DNA from: Phoronis australis
Lineage: Eukaryota > Animalia > Phoronida
Assembly: GCA_002633005.1 (NCBI GenBank)
Contig: NMRA01000032.1
Location: 972,911-1,036,910, forward strand
Reading direction: 5' to 3'
DNA: 64,000 bases
Shown here: piece after piece, positions 54,101 to 64,000 of the stretch
Numbering within the stretch: position 1 is the stretch's first letter
Layout of the letters: every line of letters begins with the position of its first letter
Made by a program: the position numbers and the translations under genes
Notes under the pieces: generated by a model
Told to the model about the DNA's origin: nothing
What the model saw: only the letters and a program-made list of their open reading frames with translations
Database searches by the model: none

Positions 54101-56719
54101 TTTTGAGAGGACTTAGCTGTTCTGCACAGCCCTTACAGGACTTCGCTTAAGTGTAGTTAGGGCTTTGTGTCTCCAGCGAAAACGTTATTTGTACAGGTCC
54201 TAAACATTGTACAAGGAAAGGGTAATTACCATAGCAAAGCTATGCTACTTAGATGGAAACAAAAATTTGGGTCCTATCTTGTACCGTACCAATTTTTAGA
54301 AATGGACAATATTGTCCGTCCCAAATTAAAGAATTGTGTTCAATGTCAAATGATCATTCATCTGGATGTTGCACACTATAGGGGCACATGAGATTGTGTT
54401 AGTGGCAGGGGTGGTGGGCTGGGCTGTGTTTTTGATGATTTCAGGAACTGTGTAATTTGTTTTCGGACTCTGTTGATACAAAGCATAGTGTCTGATATTA
54501 TTTGAGAAATGTTGAACGCCAAAATCACTCAATCCCAATCTTCAGAATCACGAAAATTCAATTTGGCTTAAATCTTGGTAAAAGAGAAGTTTTACTTGAG
54601 TGTGTGTTACCATTAGTTAGCAGAACATATGTCTGAAAGGAATCGTTTGGTAAATTAGATTATTGCACTTGTCGGTTCCCTTGACGATAGCAATATTAAA
54701 GACGTAGGATTATTAATGACCTACTTTAACCAACTTTCCCTCTTATCCAGTAATTCATCGTGTGGTGTGCATTTTCTGTCCACGGTACCATGGAAAGCCA
54801 GCCCCTACAACATTCGACATTCCCTCTTTGTCCATTTCTTCCCGAAAGCTCACCTGAGTGAGATATTCTACGCCCAGTGTACATCAGTTTATTTTTGTTT
54901 TATTCGTTTTTTTTTCAGCTTCTTGTTTTCTGTTCCGGCCTGTTTCATGTATTTGTTTCGTAGCTAGATTGATGCCTGCTTTGTCTAATCATTTTAGATG
55001 AATATTATAAAATTTCACCAATTTTGGACACAATATGATGGATATGCAATATTTTATTTTCTCATTTTTTCATAAACGGTTTGTATCACCAAATAATGGT
55101 TTTCCATATTGAAGTGTTGTATCTCAGCTATCACCAGATAATATTTCAAAAAATTGAGGGGGATTTACTGAAATGTTATATTCTATAGGCTCTTGAAAAC
55201 GAAAAAAGGTCAATTTTGTCAATAATTTTTTATCGAAAATATGTGAGATTTTACTGTAAGCTCTAATAAATTTAGAAAATTAATTACAAAACAATGGTGA
55301 ATTATTAGGCTTTACATGTTGCCATTTTCACTAAATTTAGCATGCTAGTGTTGTGTATATTGAGGCTGGTGCCAGGAGAATAACACATTTAGTAAATGAT
55401 GCATTCTGGGGTTCCATTGCTAATTACCTCGTATATTATGTCATTGTCAAATAAGAGGATTTTGATTAGGATGACAGATTTTGAATGCCTCTATCCAAAT
55501 GAAATTGCTGCATTACTTAACAGGGGTTTAAATTCAAGTGTAGAGGTATTACTGAAGAGTTGAGGAATATTGTACTCTAGGTGGTGGTTTTAGTTGAAGG
55601 TGCGCTGTTTATGTCTCCTGTGATGGACCAAGTGACTAGCGCACCAGGGTCCTTTTTCCTGCGTGTCTAATGTATTAGCATTTTGACGTTTTGTGACTGG
55701 CAGTAGAGAGGTTAAAGAGGAGACTCTTTTGGTTATGACAGCTCTTGAGGATAAATCTTTCATTCTGTTCTTCAATTTTACTCAAACTGTGCTAAGTGGG
55801 ATGTTTCAGCAATCAATGGTCGTGTCACTAAACCAACTTTTGCAGACTTGACAATTGGATTTTGATTTAATCACATCGACGCAGGAGTATGTTGATGGAG
55901 TACTTCATCGTCTACCTGTATATTCCTAGAGATTACGTGGATGTACGTAGTTTTAGTAATCTCTGTTTTGCTTTGGCAGCGCTTTCTCAACCACGTGTAG
56001 ATTTTTCTGATCTGAAATAACATTCTCTACTTAGAAGAGACTTCTTGTAAATTAATTTGCATATGGACTGAGAAGATCATCTGACGTTGTTTTTGAAGCG
56101 TGTTAATGGATGTCACTCTCCTGGACTGAATATTATGAGAAGTGATATATTGATTGAAAGACATACCTGACTTGTCTGGGCAAAATACTGTGAAAATTGA
56201 TACGAATTGTTGTTTTCAGTGAGCTTTGCTCAAATGACAAGAAGGTGAATAACCTCTGATGAAAGCGAGTCTTGGAAAAGAATTGTATGTTGATTGAAGA
56301 TGTTAAATCGATATTGCTAACGTGCTCAATGTCTCTGCTTAAATACTTCTAACATGACAATACCGCTGATTAAGGACAAGTCAACTGCAAATGGATGATT
56401 TTTGTAATGTTTTTTCTGCAATGCTACGTTTCACAATGGTAGTTGCCTTATGCTGTTAAGAATTGAGAGATGGGATATATACAGTAATGGCGGGATGTCT
56501 TTTCGCTCCTGTCGTGTGCAATCGGTCACAGTGCCTTCGATGTCGAATCCCCACTGGTATAACGGAATTCACTGTGGTCATATATTCTCTGAGTAAGTGC
56601 TCTGGTCTTGTTAGAATAATACTGCTAACTGAATATCTTGTCCTTCCCAAAATGCCCCAAGTTCTATCATGAGATATGAACATGCCCGTAGAGCTGATTT
56701 TTGAAAAAGTTCTTTTAAA

Positions 56720-58695
56720 TCGTCCTCTTTCCTTAAACGCTTTGTCACATCTCTTGAGTCAGTAGCTCTAGTGATACAATTTAACGGTATATTACGTTTT
56801 TAAAGCTTTCTCCAATTTAGAAAACTATTTCGGACAAGTGACATTTTCTCATTTTTTTCAATTGAAGACAAAGTGTTCACTGTATTAATTTTTTTGCAAT
56901 CTGGCATTGCCATAGCTACGTCAGCCAAAGGGTTTTGGCGGATGTTAATGTTTGTTACTCTCTATGTTGTAATTCACTTTACCATAGTAGTCAGATGTAA
57001 TGTGCCTGCATTTTGATTATCAATATTCTCTTAACTACTGAACAGTGGGCGTCAAACTGGTTCTCAAAATGTGGGCACGCTGTATCCCACTGTTGCTTTA
57101 GTGCTCAGTATGAGAGACGCATGAAATTTTCATTCATGAAATTTTTCAGCAAAAGTTATTAAAAACTTGATTTCATCACTAGCATAGTTTGAACTAAGCA
57201 GCTTTCATATAACACAACTTTAGTAAAAATTTTAATTCTTTAACAGCGGCCTTTGAAAACTGAAAGAGATGTTACCACATGTGTGCTTTTTAGTGACCTT
57301 TTTGTGAATAGACCCAGAGGCCTAATATGTATATCTCTGTGAGCTCTGAGTTATGTAGGTAATTTACCTGTGCTCATATATCACATGTCTTCTCTGACAT
57401 ACTATTGTATCCAAGCAACCAATAACAAATCAGTGAAGGGATTGAACTTATCAGTCCACTTCAACCTGAACATCAGTATAACAGCCGTCAATCCCAGATA
57501 GCGTGATAGATGAAATCTTAACTGTACTAATTCACCAAACATCGGGTAATTCCATAGTTATCCTCAAAATTATAACGCTGGGGGTAAAATACTTTGTACA
57601 GTGCTCGTAGAATCCTGAGATTATGAAATACAATGCTTGTCTTTTGTTAAGAAATTTTTGCAAAATGTTTTGGGATAGCCCTGGTTGTCATATTTTATTA
57701 CTGTTGNTCGTCCTCTTTCCTTAAACGTTTTGTCACATCTCTTGAGTCAGTAGCTCTAGTGATACAATTTAACGGTATATTAAGTTTTTAAAGCTTTCTC
57801 CAATTTAGAAAACTATTTTGGACAAGTGACATTTTCTCATTTTTTTCAATTGAAGACAAAGTGTTCACTGTATTAATTTTTTTTGCAATCTGGCATTGCC
57901 ATAGCTACGTCAGCCAAAGAGTTTTGGCGGATGTTAATGTTTGTTACTCTCTATGTTGTAATTCACTTTACCATAGTAGTCAGATGTAATTTGCCTGCAT
58001 TTTTATTATCAATATTCTCTTAACTACTGAATAGTGGGCGTTAAACTGTGTCTCAAAATGTGGGGACGCTGTATCCCACTGTTGCTTTAGTGCTCAGTAT
58101 GAGAGACGCATGGAATTTTCATTCACGAAATTTCTCAGCAAAAGTTATTAAAAACTTGACTTCATCACTAGCATAGTTTGAACTAAGCAGCTTTCATATA
58201 ACATAACTTTAGTAAAATTTTTAATTCTTTAACAGCGGCCTTTGAAAACTGAAAGAGATGTTACCACATGTGTGCTTTTTAGTGACCTTTTTGTGAATAA
58301 ACCCAGAGGCTTAATATGTATATCTCTGTGAGCTCTGAGTTATGTAGGTAATTTACCTGTGCTCATATATCACATGTCTTCTCTGACATACTATTGTATC
58401 CAAGCAACCAATAACAAATCAGTGAAGGGATTGAACTTATCAGTCCACTTCAACCTGAACATCAGTATAACAGCCGTCAATCCCAGATAGCGTGATAGAT
58501 GAAATCTTAACTGTACTAATTCACCAAACATCGGGTAATTCCATAGTTATCCTCAAAATTATAACGCTGGGGGTAAAATACTTTGTACAGTGCTCGTAGA
58601 ATCCTGAGATTATGAAATACAATGCTTGTCTTTTGTTAAGAAATTTTTGCAAAATGTTTTGGGATAGCCCTGGTTGTCATATTTTATTACTGTTG
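56720..58695. repeat. ~0.99 kb direct duplication across a single N (57707); probable haplotype overlap
   Basis: 56720-57706 matches 57708-58695 with few substitutions, and the boundary falls exactly at the N. Confidence 0.88.
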
Positions 58696-58756
58696 ACACA
58701 GAATCACTTCTCTGCTGATAACAGTATCAAACTGTGATGCATGTTCACGACCTTAC

Positions 58757-58876
58757 CTCTCTGTAAGATCGAGTCAAGAGTTTCTGGAAAAGCTCCTGGA
58801 ATTGAACGTTTAAATACCTACTCGAGTACTGTAAGGGTGTGGTGGATCCAGCGAATCTGTGAAATTCCCTGAACTC
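58757..58876 (-). other. Candidate antisense internal exon (120 nt, phase 0-0)
   Basis: Minus strand reads cCTAACattttgtcAG|GAGTTC...AGAGAG|GTAAGG: branch point, acceptor and strong donor. Only frame 0 is open (EFREFHRFAGSTTPLQYSSRYLNVQFQELFQKLLTRSYRE). Confidence 0.4.
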
Positions 58877-61417
58877 CTGACAAAATGTTAGGTAATTGTT
58901 GTTTTCTTCTTGCTTATATGCTTTAGTGAGACAAATCTTTGACGTCACAGGACAAGCAGTGCATCTATGGCTGTGTCCAGAGGGGCTCGTAACTAGTGCA
59001 AGTAAAACCTGGGGGCAACTTGCCCTGATGTTTGTGGTCAGGAAATGTTTTCTTTGATTGACAAATTGTGTCAATATTAAAAGCTTTGAGATAGACTGCA
59101 CTGATGCCAGTAAAGTGTCTTATATGGACATTGTTTTTTTTATTATCGCCTTTATCTGACCTGACAATGAAGAGTAGTGGGATTTCCTTTGATACATTGT
59201 TCCATTTGTGAAGGTGGAAGGTGAATGGAAGTCTTGATAATTCTATGGAGAATTATAATTGTATTCCTCTATGTGATCCTTATTAATCTTTAGGTGCTGT
59301 GAAGTGGTTCAGTCTTTAGCCTATAAACCTTTCATTTGCCTTATACTAGGTTCACATGAGAGGCGAAAATGCTTGTAGGTTTTCAGTGTCAAAAATGAAA
59401 GCGTTTTTTTTTCCCACAGACATGCTGTCAGCGTTAGGGGTAATTTTCACCTGCAGTTGCCTTGCTGCCGCACAACACCGTTTGCTTTCAAGTCAAAAAT
59501 TGATCTCAAAGCAGATTCGCTCATGACAATGGCTGATTTTTGCTCGATAAACAAAGGCCTCAATTATGTAATCACCCACATTGTTCTGCCTTTATTGCTT
59601 TAACTAGCGAGAAAGTGCTAGTGAAATTGCTAGTGTTTTCGGCAGTCTCTGGGTAATGGGATTATCTTCAGAGTAAGTCATGCCGGAGGAGGTGGTATTG
59701 ACCTGGTTTTTGTTTACTGTGAACAAATTTGCCCCACTTTTTGGAGTTGACTTAAAAGATTATGTACTGACGATGAGCTTCATCAGATGGTCTGCTGAGA
59801 AGACATCTTGTTATGTTTACATACACTTTTGAGAAGGTTTGATTTAAAAAGGGATTAAGACGAAACATGCGAGAACTTGAGGCATCATCTATTTTTGGGG
59901 AGATTAAGTTCAGTGTTACTATCAAGTGAACATAAAAATATAATATCCTTTACTGTGATAGGATTCTATTTTCGCTGCTGCCAACTTAAGCCACAGGCAA
60001 TGCAGTTGTTTTCGAATATGCAATTTGAGTGTTGGCCAACCCCAATAAACCTAACACCTTTTCTAGAATTGCTGGTTGTTTCGGTGTTCTTGTTGGTGAC
60101 ATAATAATCTTATATTGGTAATGAATATTATGAGACCAAGTAAAAGGCTTAATTTGATTTTTGTTTTTACGCTTGTAGAGGGGGCGGAATGCAGCTTTGG
60201 TTGGTACATTTGATAAAATTACTATAAATCAATTAGTAAGTGCATGCCAAAAATGTTGGACTAATTATATGATTATAGATACGATAAATGCTACTCATCC
60301 CCCCTGGTTAGCGTTTCTTGGATAAATCACTTATGCTGCTGATGTTTTTCTTAGAGCAAAGCATACACAGAAGTTAAAAAAATAACAACCACTGCGTTGT
60401 ATCTAACCCTTTTATGTGCACTGTAAGCTGTCTTCGTTTGTAGTATGTGAACTCCAGTCCCAATTTGTTATGATAAGCACAACGCTTACATACACGGTTT
60501 GAATAAGCCCGCACAATAATGTTCATTGATTTTCAATGCTCTATTTAAAATACATGTTAAATGCTGTCACTTGAAACTGGTACTGAGAGCTTGTAGACTG
60601 ATGCACGGTGACAGCCCTCTAGGTGTGCAGTTTTTGCACGCAATTTGTCTCGAGTGTACTTCTTGATAGTGACCATTGAGCCTGCGTTGACTGGTCAGAG
60701 GATTGGTTTTGGGATTACTGGACACTGCAGACATTCATAAAAGGATTATTTGCTTATGCATGTTGTTTACTTAAGCATCAGTGGTACAAGTCACAACAAG
60801 ATCGCCATCAAACAGGCCTGTGATTGGTTCAGATACTTAACTAGGGTTAACTCCATTAATATTCATCTGTTGTCCGTTCTGCAAGAGTAACTCCACGGAT
60901 ACAACATGGCTTGAAGTGGTTTTCCCTCTCAAACCGTTATACAATCTGGCATGCTGTTCAATCAATGGTGAATTTATTAGGTGATCGGTTCCTTGTTTGT
61001 TTACCCGCGCTAACAGCCTGTAGGCCCACTATGTATACAGAGGCATGCTAACCGGTGGAGAACATGTTTGCTGCCTGTTGTATTTCATAGGCAGGGCTGT
61101 TGTAGAACATGGATTGAGAGATTAGCCAGACAGAGGCATCATGTTGTCAGACAGACATGCGACCTGAATTGAACTGAACTGCATTCACTGAACTAGAGAT
61201 TTCACCTCAGAACAGCTGTTGCCTTGAGTGTTTATTCATCAACTGATTTCACTGTATGTTGTGACCCAGGATTTTGACTTACTGTCCTTACCTAATGTCT
61301 ACCAACTGAATTGTGTCTTGGGTTGCATCTCTGGTTTGAATTTCTGGGTCATACTTGTGGTGGAGTTGGCATTGTGTTGCAACAGGAAGTGATCATGTTG
61401 TTGGTGTGTCAAGAGTA

Positions 61418-61526
61418 ATGGATACAAGGGATAAACTGCATACGGAGGGCAAACAGGAGGGTGCACCCACACGATGGGTGGAGGATTTACCAGAAGGATT
61501 CAGGGATGTTATGTTGTCATTGAGAG
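61418..61526 (+). CDS. Putative alternative first coding exon (MDTRDKLHTEGKQEGAPTRWVEDLPEGFRDVMLSLR)
   Basis: gtaATGg start, purine-rich coding-like composition and GAG|GTAAGG donor, 109 nt, phase 1. Confidence 0.6.
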
Positions 61527-62723
61527 GTAAGGGTAAATATTTCAGGATGTCGGTTCATTTACTCCTGGTGGAATCACCATGACATGGAGGCAGTCATGAA
61601 GTAAAAGGACCACTTTGCATTCGTTCTAATGACTTGTAATACACTGGGTTGTAATTTCTGTTTAATTTGTAACAGTCTGAAAGTATCTTTTGCTGTTGGG
61701 TTGTCAAAGTTTCTGTCTTGGTTTTGTAGCAGGTGTCTCTGAGTAAAAGAGGCTCAGTTAAGACACTCGTTTTATCTTGTTATTGTTTCATGTTGCGAGT
61801 TTTCAGTGGTAGACCTATTATATTCCTAGTGAAACACTATTGTAATATGTCTGTTGTGCTCTTAATGTGAGCTCCACTTTCTCTGCATGCTGTATACCAG
61901 GCTTCGGAGTACTCCCCGATTATTTTTCATCAAGTGGAGCTTTGTTGTGCCATTATCTCGCATTTTTAACAGTTGCCGCAATCTAATTTCAAAGACTTCC
62001 TTTATTCTGTATACGAGTATGTATCAATTATAAATTTATTTACAATCCCAGTGCTGTCATTCCACACTTGACAAGAATTTGAAATTCTAGAGGGGTTAGA
62101 GCAACAGAATATTCCGTATTTTGAATTCCTATAAGTGAATACAGTCCGCCATGCGCTTACCTGGCTTAACCTGCTGTTCTTTTGATGACAGGCTTTCAGA
62201 GAAAATAATTGCCTCTCGCACAATTCTTCTTGGTGTTGAAAAAATAAATACATTCTTGTATAAAAATAATACTGTAACCAGGCAATCTGGGTTGGCTGCA
62301 GTCCCGTAATCGTCCGTAGCGTCATTTCACCAATATGGATGGTACAAGAAGACAGAGTTTTGGGGATGTGATAGGTAGGGAACTTGTAGGTCTTCACTAC
62401 CTTGGATTGTTTTGAAGAGCACTGTTGTGTGCAATATGTAGCTGCTGGGTTTGAAGTATTATACACCTTTTTGTGCTAATTTGCATACGCTAGCGAGGAT
62501 GCATGAGGATTCCCTGAGCGGCATCTTTTTAGGAGTACTCTCTTCTGGAGTGTCAGGGTTCTACACGGACAAGAATTAAAAGTGCAAATAGTGTATGTCG
62601 TGTTGTGGTGCAACTACACTTTATTTTTTCTTACTGGGTATCATTTTTACTGCTATTTCACAGTAAAAGGTACCACTTTGGAATACACTATCAATAATTT
62701 GACTGAAATCTGAAAAAATCAAG

Positions 62724-62860
62724 CTTTTCAAGCATGACTCACTATTTCAAGCATGGCTCAATATTTCAAACATGGCTCAGAGCTTTTCAACAATGGTTTG
62801 GAGCTTTTCAAACATGGTTCAAAATTTAAAACATGGTGCAATAAATTTCAAACGTGGTCT
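62724..62860. repeat. Degenerate 19-21 bp minisatellite (TTTCAARCATGGYTC core)
   Basis: About 7 successive units, e.g. ttttcaagcatgactc, tttcaagcatggctc, tttcaaacatggctc, tttcaaacatggttc. Confidence 0.75.
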
Positions 62861-63552
62861 AGTACCATATTTTAATACCTGTTGGGAGAACTCTGAGTGT
62901 GGATCTCTCAGGTGGTACATGTTATTTCAAATGACTCGTGACACTTACGGAAATAATTGCAAAATGAGTGCTTCTAATCTTGGCAACTTGCTCCAAAAAG
63001 TCCGAGCTCAGTGAGTTCTGTTTGCAAAAAAGTTCGGCATAGTAGAATGTAGTGTTTGAAGTATGCATAATGTGTCTTATCAGAAATTATTCTTCCATGA
63101 CAAGCTTGTGTAAACACAAGACAAGTGTTCTAATTAATCCTGGCTGACATCTGTACACAGGTTAATTGTATAGTTTTGATTGCAGGAATAACAGTGTTGA
63201 GGAGATCAGTCCCTATTACTGGCTAGACTTGTGATAGCGATTATGAACTTAGAAACAAATTTAGTGACGGTAAACAAAATATAAAAGTGACCTGAGACAA
63301 CTTTAAAATTGACCAATCCCGTCTCCTGAAATTTGAAACTACTCGAAGCATGCTCGATTAGCGTTCAGTAATTCTGTGCTGCCGTCTGATGTTTTGTGCT
63401 TTTATTTATTTTCTATTGATTTATTCAAATTTTGAAACAAATTCGGGGTAGCTTGCCTTAAGATAAGACAGTATGCAGTGCAAATTGAACAAATTTTTTT
63501 ACAACCTTCATTTTATTACTGAGAAAGAAAGTAACGCTGAGGAGGTTGAGTC

Positions 63553-63566
63553 TCACTAGGTGGCAG
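63553..63566 (+). promoter_or_regulatory. CTCF-like motif
   Basis: TCACTAGGTGGCAG (1 mismatch). Confidence 0.35.
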
Positions 63567-64000
63567 TTGTGAAACAAAATAGTCTTGCCTAGGGTTGGGT
63601 ACTGTTTGACGGTGACAGTACTAAACACTGAAATAAAAAGGCAGTATAGTGTCGCAACGAAAAGTACTCAGTGCCAAACTCAATACCTTGAAAATTGAAT
63701 GTGTGATTGATTTGATATTTTCCTGGTTTATTTCTATTTCATTCAACTATGAGGTGAAACAAGCTCAGTGTGAAATTGGACTCTTAGTTTTCAAATATTC
63801 AGTAAACCAACTGTGAATGTGTTGCCTACTATCTAAAAAGTGTGTATCCTAATTTCCCAGCGGCACACCCCATCATAAATGTGCAGTTGATTCCCCAAGG
63901 GGTTAGAGGACCAAACATATCCCAAGTTTACTTTATTTGTAATTGTTATCTATATCAAAAGAATATCTGTATCAGTATCAGACCAATTTCCATTGTACCC

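Noticed and set aside
62002-62466. 154-aa minus-strand ORF as a single-exon gene
   Set aside because: Non-ATG start and no recognisable domain. Only the internal 62228-62161 segment has exon-like signals.
62724-62860. Short regularly spaced repeats as a CRISPR-like array
   Set aside because: Units are adjacent and degenerate with no unique spacers, the context is eukaryotic and there are no cas genes. It is a minisatellite.

Overview
AT-rich, intron-rich animal DNA, probably from a bilaterian invertebrate; it is not prokaryotic, so most ORFs in the track are noise. (1) At 5.9-17.4 kb on + lie nine GT-AG coding exons of MGAT1/GnT-I (GT13). They splice into one open frame of 422 aa plus stop; the N-terminal transmembrane exon was not found and is probably upstream of the window. 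(2) From about 27 kb to the end on + lies the 5' part of a second large gene. I see at least five dispersed ATG-started exons that all end at a GT donor in phase 1 (30535-31126, 39797-39860, 42291-42357, 47301-47364, 61418-61526), which suggests alternative first exons feeding a shared exon beyond the window. The longest encodes a triplicated Ser/Pro-rich module. (3) A TA-flanked TIR DNA transposon (49664-51133) carries a frameshifted HIRAN-like ORF, and several small MITE families are present. (4) There is a possible antisense spliced transcript nested in the introns, plus CTCF-like motifs. (5) Two ~1 kb direct duplications centred on single-N joins are probably haplotype assembly artefacts. 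All coordinates were read by eye and no database searches were run.
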